This document shows, piece by piece, positions 1-9,400 of a stretch of 35,003 bases of DNA. The DNA lies in the NCBI GenBank assembly GCA_000934665.2, contig JYFJ02004071.1, positions 1-35,003 on the forward strand, given 5' to 3'. Positions within the stretch are counted from its first letter, which is position 1. Every line of letters starts with the position of its first letter. The notes beneath the pieces are model-generated. The model was not told the DNA's origin. It was given only the letters and a program-made list of their open reading frames with translations, and did not search any database. The position numbers and the translations under genes were made by a program. This DNA is from Catajapyx aquilonaris. Lineage: Eukaryota.

Positions 1-744
1 GAGTCCGAAGCACTGTCCGAAGTCATCCGATGATGACTGGATGAAGACGCTTCAGCTGCCGGAGGAAACTTGCCTTCAAACAAAAGGCCCTACCGTCTCT
101 CCAGGCCCGATTATCATATAGCAGGTAGATATATTCTGAAAGCTCACGTTTTGGACTATCCGAATAACTCACTTCCTGATTTTTAGTCGTTGTCCCACAG
201 ACCTTTTTTTGGGCATCAATAATGGCCAAAATGAGGTTTCTTCAAAATACCCCTGTTAGTTTCTCCGAGTTTATATATTGTACAACGCTAAATCATTTGC
301 GAGAGATCAGGTACATGGATATGTCTCCGACAACTTATAATATTTGCAAATTAATACCATTTTACAGCTATAAAAAATTCCGAAAGAGAGCAAATTTTGA
401 CAAAAATACACATATTGCGGAGGCTGTAACTCATTACACAATACATATATCGCCTAAGGGATTACATTTTCAAATCCTACGTCCTATGATCTGAAACAAA
501 TGTTCCATGAAAAGAGTCACTAGGACACATAGTTTCTGAGATATTCGATTCTGAAAGAGGCTCGGTTTGAAAGTTGCAATTTGTACCCCCGGACATATCC
601 CTTCACCTCTCGTGACCTTGAGGACAGCGGAGCGAAGGACTTGGGAAATCTAGAGTTTAGGGATAGGTCTATCTCCCTGCAAATTATTTTGGAAATCTAA
701 AATTCATGAGCATACCTCGTGATGATTTCACGTGGAATGGCCCC

Positions 745-1092
745 TACTTGATTCGGAATGACCCATATACAGTATTTCAAAGAATTTTGTTTTTGACTGC
801 AACTGCCCCAAGGTCAAAAACAAATCCCAGACAAAATAAATGGTCAATTATGAATTACCAGTGACTTAAGGAACATGGAAATAGCGATGAATTTCCGTGG
901 ACAAAAATTGTGTTGCATAGTGTAATAGGTGTTGTTCTCACAAAAATTGCAAAACTTGAAGGCTCTTGCGGGGAATGAAGATGAAGTACGAAAATTATTT
1001 AAAAATTCACCAGTATTATACTAGTCTATACACAACTTTTGACACCCCGTGCTATTTTATCAGTCAACTTTCATTTTTTTCACTCCACCCTA
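745..1092. repeat. Dispersed repeat, inverted copy of 29460-29836 (probable DNA-transposon end, ...CCACCCTA terminus)
   Basis: Reverse complement aligns by eye over about 350 bp with 29460-29836 (e.g. CAACTTTTGACACCCCGTGC vs GCACGGGGTGTCAAAAGTTG; CTTGATTCGGAATGACCC vs GGGTCATTCCGAATCAAG). Confidence 0.85.
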
Positions 1093-1137
1093 ATGTAAAG
1101 CTCGATTTTCTAAATCTGCAAATATAAGTTGCAAATA

Positions 1138-1430
1138 CAGGGTTCCTGTAAAGTTGCTGTCCACTGGAAGAGAAATAATAATAATAATAATTTTATTTCG
1201 CCATGGGCGATTAGCCCTTTTGGGTGCACTGGAAGACTAGGGCCTACATACCTTTCCACCTACAAGAGATGTTGGAAATGGCCCCCATGGACTTGTAGCA
1301 TGTCTGCAGGGTCATGTATTATCGGGATGGAAACGGTCTGGACACTTGGGGGTATGCTGAGGGTTATGCCTGTCACCAATCGAGTGCGCTAGGCAACTCT
1401 TGTGCAAGGCTGAGATTGATTACTTTTTGA
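1138..1430 (-). mobile_element. Tc1/mariner 3'-end remnant
   Basis: TA|CAGGGT terminus at 1136-1143; minus strand reads ...GGG GGC CAT TTC CAA (GGHFQ), resembling the C-terminal motif of mariner-type transposases. Right boundary approximate. Confidence 0.45.
1172..1226 (-). mobile_element. 55-bp 5'-truncated non-LTR retrotransposon tail with 10-bp TSD
   Basis: CACTGGAAGA duplicated at 1162-1171 and 1227-1236; on the minus strand the insert is a short GGGC...GCCC stem-loop, AATAAA and a (TTA)n tail. Confidence 0.7.
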
Positions 1431-1562
1431 GAGAAAGGTGTCCTGATCGTGATCATATGATTTTTATGCTGATAATGCATCCTGTCAGTCTGCACTACTG
1501 AACAAGCTATTGGTGTAGGCCCACAAGGATGTTGCTAATTAATCAAATAATAACCAAATTAA

Positions 1563-2380
1563 CCCTTAACTTGCAACGTGGGGTCCTTTTCGGACCCCAG
1601 GGTATACTTATGTCGCCACCCTGAAGCATGTTGTTGTCAAAATGAAAATTCCCACACCTATATTCCTGAAATATAGCCTACTCTTTGACACCTGAAAAAA
1701 AATTATGAGCGACGAAAAAAATTTCTAAAGGGAGTTAACGTCATTTAAACGCTCACTAGTCGTCTTGGGGTCCTAAAAGAACCCCACGTTGCAAGTTAGC
1801 GACCAGTTTTTTCCGACCCGAAATAGACATGGCAAATGCATGGTGTAGCAGGGGGGGAAAATCGCACAGGTGTAAAAAAAATTATCCATGTATAGTATTG
1901 TTCATGGAGTGAAACCCGTCCATAACGGACCCTGAATATAACAGAAACTTGTCCATTGCGGAATTTTTCCTGGGAACGGGCTTATCCACAGTACATGAAT
2001 TCCGTGTCGAATGTAAAGGAAATCTGTCCATTACGGAAAAATGTTATCGTTCCGTGCGATTCCCGCTATACACAGGTTTCACAGCAACAGGCAGTCAAGT
2101 CAACCAGATCCAGTTTCAGTTCTGCTACATGATAAGGAGACTCCCATTACAGCTGCTGGGTCACTTACGGGTAAACAGCACCTCATGAGTCAACCAAGGG
2201 TCAAAGGAGGTCAAATTTTTTAAGAATCTGTCACTTATAGTCCCTGTCGAATTTAGAAAGCATTATTTATATTTTGATGGTTTTGTTAATGTAAGTTTGT
2301 AATCGAAAAAACGACGTGAGGTCCAAAAAGGACCCCACGTTGCAAGTTAAGCATGGCTAAATGAGGTTGCAAGTTAAGAG
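1563..2380. mobile_element. Non-autonomous piggyBac-like element
   Basis: TTAA at 1559-1562 and 2381-2384; TIR CCCTTAACTTGCAAC / GTTGCAAGTTAAGAG (14/15); subterminal CCCCACGTTGCAAGTT copies at 1782-1797 and about 2333-2348. Confidence 0.85.
1907..2084. mobile_element. Degenerate pogo/Tigger-like MITE nested in the piggyBac element
   Basis: Ends GAGTGAAACC...GGTTTCACAG; internal repeated GTCCAT(T/A)(A/G)CGGA motif. Confidence 0.5.
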
Positions 2381-2913
2381 TTAATAACCATAAATGAGGG
2401 TGTTTCTTGCCAAAGCTGATGATCCGTAAGATAGAAAGCAGAGAAAAGTTGATGTATTAGTCACCCTTGGAGGTGTAGAGAAAATTGGCAACATGATAAA
2501 AAGTGAAGGTAGACCCTAATCTTGATTAACCCTCAGAGACCAGCAAACCGATATATAGGTTTTGTGACTGTTCTATTTTTAGATCAACACCATGTGCTTC
2601 CTGATGAAATGTAGGCATGGTTATTTTGTATAACAACAGAGGGCAACATGTCTCAGACTCTGACCTGCCAAAATTATTGTGTCCACCTGCTTTCAAAACA
2701 AGGTTATTTTTTGAATCAACAGAGGGCAGTATGGCTGTGACTCTGGCTTTCCCGCTTGCCCACGCGCTAGGCAGATGCTTGTTCCCCTACTTTCAAAGCA
2801 TTGCAGGTGCACTGATTGGGCCAGGTTGGTTATGCCAAAATGTTTCAATCGTGTTATATTTATTTATTGAATTTGTTTAGGAGTGTAGACTATCACACTC
2901 TCGATCACACTCA

Positions 2914-3419
2914 CAAGGGGACAGTAAATGTTGTCAATGGAGTTGCTGAATGAAACTTGGCACAATAATATAGGTAGGTAAGTTATTAAACAAATTGCAA
3001 ACCGTTTCTGCGGAGTGCTACAATGTCAAAAGTTATGTCTCAATGTCAGTCCGGACAGCTTACCTTAGGAGCGAAGTTTCAGATATCGCACTCAAAAAAG
3101 AAGCAGACCTTTTATTACATCACTGGAAAGGGATAATTACACAGAGGACGTAACAACGAGCTAAATTGCTAGATAGCAGCCATATTTGAAAAAGTCGCTT
3201 TAAAAACCCTCGATTAGTCTTCTACTGTGATTAGTCAATTTCCTTACCGCCTCACGATTATACGACTAAAACTTTTGTATATGCAATGGTCCAATGGCCT
3301 TCTACCGAGCTGACAAAAACATGTTAAAAAGCAGTTACCCTGCTTTCTCTTTCTTTATACTGTACAGTTCTATCCCACACGGTCATATTATATGTGAGAT
3401 GTGCTCATGGTATTTTATT

Positions 3420-3450
<31 letters not shown>

Positions 3451-4301
3451 TTTCAGATACCCCGTGCTAGGGCTGAAAGGCCCTCTTAGGGGGTGGGAAT
3501 GTGGAACCATGTTTATAATTTACAATTATTTAGTTGGTCCACAATTAGGGTAGATAGGAGGGGATGTGCAAAGTGCAAGTACAATGTCGTTGCTTGGTCA
3601 TTTTGTGAATTCCCCCGGGTGGATTAGTCTAGCAGAAATTTTCACCCGAGACAAAGCCAGAGATGGCCCAACTCTGCACGAGATGAAGGGGGGAACCCCG
3701 GGCTGGGATCGAACCCGGGACCTTAACATCCGTAGGCGCGTGCATTACCGCAGCACCACTCCGCCTCCCCCAAGATGTGCTCGTGGTATGGACATGTTTT
3801 GATTTGAACACATTGTCACAAACAGTTGTATATATGTGCTAATGTACAATGCTTCACTTCATATGCAAGTGGTTTGTTTCTGGCTTATGACAAATTAGGG
3901 AACTTGATCTTCTGAATTTTCCAAGAGTAAGCTATAATAAGCTAGATTTGATGCCAATCGGGCACGTAATTTGAGAGAAAATCATTTTTGTATCATTTTT
4001 TTCCCCCGAAAAATTCAGAAGCGACTTTTTAAAATATGGCTGCTATCTAGCAATTTGGCTTGTTGTAATCATAATAATTATCCCTCTCCAGTGATGTAAT
4101 AAAATGTGTGCTTTTTTTGAGTGTGATATCTGAAACTTCGCTCGTAAGGTAAGCTGTCTGGGCTGACATCGAGAGGTCATAACTTTTGACCTTGTAGTGC
4201 TCCTCAGAAACGGTTTGCATTTTGTTTAATAACTTACCTGCCTATATTATTGTGCCAAGTTTCATTCAGCAACTCCATTGACAGCACTTACTGTTCCCTC
4301 G
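2914..4301. mobile_element. Long-TIR non-autonomous DNA transposon, Tc4/Tc5-like
   Basis: Imperfect inverted arms of about 285 bp (2914-3200, 4019-4301); termini CAAGGGGACAGT / ACTGTTCCCTCG; TCA duplicated at 2911-2913 and 4302-4304, reconstructing a CTCAG target. Confidence 0.8.
3414..3772 (-). mobile_element. tRNA-derived SINE (family A) with (AAAT)n tail
   Basis: Minus-strand A box TGGTGCTGCGG (3748-3758) and B box GGTTCGATCCC (3705-3715); (TTTA)n at about 3414-3453; 17-bp TSD AGATGTGCTC(A/G)TGGTAT at 3397-3413 and 3773-3789. Confidence 0.9.
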
Positions 4302-4901
4302 TCAGAGAAATTTGGCAGAGTTTTGATGATTTTTAACTTGAGAAATATGGGTTTCAATATTCCTTTCCATCCATGCATGACACAGGATTATAGATTCAAA
4401 ATGGCCACATGGTACATGACTGCCAAATTTGCATAATTTAATAAACAAAAAAAAACAAGTTTAAGCTCAACATTTATGTATAACTTTCTTATATAATCTT
4501 TTATTGTAACATTGTTTTTGGGGTCACAAGGACTTGACCAAAAAGCTTTAAAAAACTAACGAAAAGGCTTGCCGGCTTTCTCAGTAACACCTCACCTGCC
4601 ATTTACTTGCCGCGCTCTGAGGGTCGAGTTTGAATTCCGCCTAGGGGTGACTAATCCATCAAATTTTCCTCACCCTCCATCTTATGTCATGTCTACTTTG
4701 CAGAGGAAAACCCTGTATATATATTTCTTAAATGACAAGGATGACCTGTGTCGACTTGAAATGGCAGAAATGGCTGAAACTCAAACCATAGCCATAGAGA
4801 AACTGTCACAGCCTTGTAGGTCAAACTGGGATGTAGACTTCGAACATGCTTTCTTACCTTCCTTGTCAATAATAACAACGTGGTTTGTTTTTTTGTGTGT
4901 G

Positions 4902-5553
4902 AAAGGACCTGTTCAAGTAGCCCCGCTACCTAAACGGCAACCATCTTGCGCATCTTGTAGTGTATAATCTATGCACTTAGTTTTACGCTAAAGGCCGCTG
5001 TGTTCGCCACTGACTGTATCTTTGATGTGGTAGGGGTTGCTACCTAGCGGCCTTGGTAGGAATCAAAACATGTTGTCACGTGGTGAACTGTTTCATTAGT
5101 TGATTTAGAGGCAGGAAAACTTGTGTGGTTTTTACCCCGTAAAAATGTTGTAAGAATATTCATGGGAGACAAATGCCGCCTCAGGGAACCGATATGCGAA
5201 ATGCAAGCCCCATCGAGATATCACGCGTTTGCCCAATCGCGTATCTCTCCCTCTCTCCCTCTCTCCCTCTCCTCTCTCTCACTCTCCCCTAAAAGAGAGA
5301 CAGGAGCGAGGGGCGGACTCAGGATGGCGCTCGTTGGCAAAGCAAGGGCGAACTCTTTCTCCAAACTGATGAAGGTCACCCTTTAGAAGCATTCTTCCAT
5401 TGAATGACTTATATTAGAGTGGCTGGACAGCAACATTTTGATCCAACTCCCCTGCGTTGCCAAGTTTCAGTGATCTGCTCCAATCTAATGACACGAATCA
5501 TTGAGCCATGTGGGTGGCCTTTCTTTGCCAGGATGACCTTGAACAGGTCCTTT
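4902..5553. mobile_element. Putative non-autonomous TIR element, class unclear (possibly Kolobok-like)
   Basis: Perfect 16-bp inverted repeat AAAGGACCTGTTCAAG (4902-4917) / CTTGAACAGGTCCTTT (5538-5553); no clean TSD; internal CT-rich tract at about 5244-5290. Confidence 0.5.
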
Positions 5554-5669
5554 ATGGAGAAGTTACTTATGAAAACAGCATCTGGGCATAAAGGGGTTAA
5601 TTGCCTCCTGAACAATGATTAATTAATTTTTTCTGTGCCTTTCAAAAACATGTTTTCTCTTCCTCCTAG

Positions 5670-5799
5670 TCCAATGGTATATGCATGGTATGGTGGGACA
5701 TCCATCCGTGATGATCCTGAATTTAACAAAATGGTTGTTACCAAGAATGAATATGATGAGCATGGACATGCCTTTGTGCATGAGAAGTTTGATGGCTGA
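5670..5799 (+). CDS. Arp6: Actin-related protein 6, terminal coding exon (partial gene)
   Basis: Polypyrimidine tract plus TAG acceptor at 5667-5669, then PMVYAWYGGTSIRDDPEFNKMVVTKNEYDEHGHAFVHEKFDG*, matching the ARP6/ACTR6 C-terminus (P-x-x-YAW-x-GG...F-x-x-MVVT-x-x-x-Y-x-E-x-GH...EKFD). Upstream exons not found in the window. Confidence 0.88.
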
Positions 5800-5842
5800 C
5801 CCAGTGAAAGGATCCTACATGTGAGGAGACTGCATTTTGTAA

Positions 5843-5848
5843 TTTATT
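5843..5848 (-). promoter_or_regulatory. Candidate Trh polyadenylation signal (AATAAA on minus strand)
   Basis: First minus-strand AATAAA I could find downstream of the Trh stop at 6244. Confidence 0.45.
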
Positions 5849-5956
5849 ATCATGACTTTGCTTTACACCAACACATACAATGTGACAAGTACAGTTTACA
5901 TTCTTGAAGTATGTAGTGTCACAACAACGTGAATGCATGGTAAGTACCGACATCTT

Positions 5957-5962
5957 AATAAA
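5957..5962 (+). promoter_or_regulatory. Candidate Arp6 polyadenylation signal
   Basis: AATAAA about 160 nt after the Arp6 stop. Confidence 0.6.
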
Positions 5963-6243
5963 ACTGAGTACAGTTAAAGTCAGTCGAATAACTCATGCAC
6001 CTGGTCCCTCAGAGTTTTCAGAAGGAAGAAGAATATTTCATGTGTGATGCACTTACACCAAGTTACTTAAGATAGTTCAAAATAATTTTCTTCTACTCAC
6101 GACTACTGCTATTTTTTTACAGTGTTACCCAAAGCCTTATAATTTTATGCTGTCAAGCCCTTCCAAATCCAAGACTAAACCAGTACTAATACTACAACAT
6201 TGCAATATTCACCATGCATCAAACCAAGAGTAAATGATCAAAC

Positions 6244-6481
6244 TTATTCAACATTTTGGGTGATGTGCAGGCCATCCTGCAACATGTTTTCAATTCCTTC
6301 AACATCAACATGTTCATCTTGCTCCTGGATCTTCTTAAGTGCATTTCGTACTATGCAAAGGTCACCCCTTAGCTCAGACACCAATGCAACTATTTTCTGA
6401 GCATTGCTGAGCACCTCCACACTCTGGGTGTATGGGTTGTAGCGAACCCCAAAGGGACGCTGAATAGTTGCAGCAAATGCT
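6244..6481 (-). CDS. Trh: Trh exon 10 (C-terminal oligomerisation region, stop)
   Basis: ttccag acceptor; [24 protein letters not shown]...QNVE*. Confidence 0.95.
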
Positions 6482-9400
6482 CTGGAAAAGATCACTTGTA
6501 ATGTTAGGATGAGCAGTATAGGTGCAATGTACAGGAAGTCCCTGGTCTACAAACAGGGTTATGTTCCTGAAAGTGACCCTAAGTCCGATTTGTATCATAC
6601 ATAACTCGGATTTGTACATAACTCGGAATTGTAGCCTATGTAACTCACAAGGGAACGGTCAGGGTCGAGCACCTCCGATTTGGTTGAAACTGGCTGGATG
6701 GGTCATTCATGTGCAATAGACACAGTGGTGAAAGTGTTAGCTCGCAACGTCCAGCCGTTTCCGAGATATGAGCGACAGAAACATCCGAATTTTGGCCGCG
6801 CGCATTTGCCGGGAGCCGCTCTGCCAGCTCCAAATCCCTTCTACCTTGATTCCCCCCGCCCCCTTTACCCACTTTTTTCGATCCGACACCACCATCCCCC
6901 ACTCCCCAAACCAACATTTTCGTTTTCCATAGTTTCTTTGCTCCGGTATTTATTATGAGACCAGCAAGCTGCTTTCTTTCGCTTCTGTCAACTGCGAATA
7001 AAGAGCTTCTATACCTAAAATTGGGTAATGGGTAATGGGAAAACTCATAATAAATACCGGATCAAAGAAGCTATGGAAAACGAAAATGTTGGTGGGGGAG
7101 TGGGGGATGGTGGTGTGGGATCGAAAAAAGTGGGTAAAGGGGGCGGGGGGAATCAAGGTAGAAGGGATTTGGAGCTGGCAGAGCGGCTCCCGGCAAATGC
7201 GCGCGGCCAAAATTCGGATGTTTCTGTCGCTCATATCTCGGAAACGGCTGGACGTTGCGAGCTAACACTTTCACCACTGTGTCTATCGCACATGAATGAC
7301 CCCTCATGCCAGTTTCAACCAAATCGGAGGTGCTCGACCCTGACCGTTCCCTTGTCAGATCCCTGAGGAACAGCGCATATACACAGCGTAAAGATGCTGC
7401 TCCAATGAACCGCTCATGTCATGTGTGTTTGTTTACTTGCACGGAAGAACATAGATTTCCTTTTATTTATTTATTATACAGGGTGTATCTGAACTCAGTG
7501 CCCCAACGTATATGACTGCCTTCCTAGCCACCAAAGGATCGATTTAAGTATAGGAGTCATTATGCTTGGCAGCCGCATTACTGAGATAGATGCCCGCAAA
7601 CATGTAGTACAAAATATCCTGTCGGTTAGGCCACCCATCGAACCCTCCCCCAATTAGAAGGCTCTGGAAGGTCTGGGGGCGGGACTTTGTTGGTTTGTTG
7701 CCCACAGGTGGTAAGGCCTCTTTGGCTAGTTACACCAGAAAATTCTATTTAAAAGTCAGAAGGAGCGATTAGGCAAAAATCGCTGAAGAGTGTATCTCCG
7801 TAATGTGGCGGCCAAACATAATGACTCCTATACTTAAATCGATCCTCTGGTTGCTAGGAAGGCAGTCATATACGTCGGGGCACTGAGTTCAGATACACCC
7901 TGTATAGTATTTATGATGAACTTGGTGTCGGTCATGTACGCAGAAGTGGTTGAAAGTGGAGGAATAATTATAAATCGTCCTTCCCGGGACCAATGGGAGC
8001 CGTTCGTAAGTACAGATTGCTGTAAGTTGGATCGTTCGTAAACCGGGGACTTCCTGTATAGGCTGACTGAATAGCATTCACTTCAATCTAGTGTGCAGTT
8101 GACGAAAACTGCATAATTTTGTCATGTCATATCAGCTTTCTAAATGTATGCTACACTTATTGATTTTAGCACACTTCAAGTGCTATTACCAGTATGTAAA
8201 ATGGAAGCTTCAAAGTGTTGCTTCAGATTTTGAAAGCATTCTGTAATGATCATTATTAGTGTTGTTTGCTCTCATCTGTGCCAACAGTACATTACAGTTT
8301 TGACTAACTGCACTAATTCTCGAACCATATGTAGCGCATATGAAACAAGGCCATTGCCATACCTTATTTTTTCCTTAGCCTCTTCAAAGGAATCTGTGAA
8401 GAAGTAAACATTCTGGAAGGTAGTGATGAGACATTCCTCTCTGCAAGTCTTTTCTGGTTCAAATGGCTTGATCTTATGACCAGCTGAGATGGCATGTTTC
8501 AGTTCAGCCACAGAAGATAATAGACCAGCGCCATATACTCGCAAGTCTCCATCTTGTTTGCACAGACCAAACTCCACCGTGAAGAAGTAGCACTGTGCAA
8601 GGATTCATTGAAGTTATGTAAAGTTTAAGTAAAACTATTAGTTCACTCACAGAGTACAAGCAAGCTATTTTTTGTGGTTTTACTGTATTACTTCACTTAT
8701 AGCGGCATGCCGGCGTAGTCGAGGTCGACCAGTTTTTTGAAATGCGTGAACTGGTGGCTATACCGGCATGCCGGTCTAAGCGAGGTATGCCAGTATAAGG
8801 CGAGGTTTTCGTAAGCACAGCATTATCACGATTTCTGTGAAAATTATTATTACTCAAATTAATACATTACAGTGATTACACCATGTTCTTCAGTGCGGAT
8901 ACAGTCCAGGACACTGATATTGCCTGCCACATCTCATACGATTGTTCCTTAAGTTAAAATTTCACAGCAACCTTTTCAATTAAAAGTACAAGGCTGCAAG
9001 AAGGGAAGCTACCAGGATATTCACTTTGGGTTTGGATTTTATTATCTGAGTAACGAGGCTTCTCAGACAAATTGATACAACTACACAAAGTGAACCTCTG
9101 ATTGCCAACGAGATCTGTGACCAGCAGCTATTAAGCAAAACGAAGGACTGAAGGAATTTTCCTGGATTCTTTGTGATGGAGTGAGCTGAATATGGGATTT
9201 GTCATACTCTATGTGCACAGATGAAGTTGCATATTCTCACAGCCCTGTACCCTTGTACCCACAAATTTTCCCCCGTAACCACGATACTGTATGCTCTGAT
9301 AAGTGCAATTTGGTCATGCTACATATGTTATGTGAATGGTCCTCAGATGTAACAACATACAAGTACTTACAGTTGCAATCTTCTGAACGTCCTCCTCTGA

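Larger units (their letters stand above)
6532..8056. mobile_element. pogo/Tigger-like non-autonomous element hosting two nested insertions
   Basis: TA flanks at 6530-6531 and 8057-8058; TIR CAGGAAGTCCCTGGTCTACAAAC vs GTTCGTAAACCGGGGACTTCCTG (20/23). Confidence 0.75.

Noticed and set aside
1..744. ORFs 23-229 and 222-494 as genes or upstream Arp6 exons
   Set aside because: No actin-fold or other recognisable motif; probably transposon-derived, but I cannot classify it.
3690..3772. tRNA genes at about 3690-3772, 10771-10850, 23885-23960 and 28879-28960
   Set aside because: A and B boxes are present but no convincing cloverleaf; each continues into a SINE body.
6645..7366. Near-identical ORF pairs on opposite strands (6645-6917 / 7028-7366; 6680-6958 / 7071-7322), also 24707-25751
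   Set aside because: Mirror translations of inverted-repeat arms, not duplicated genes.
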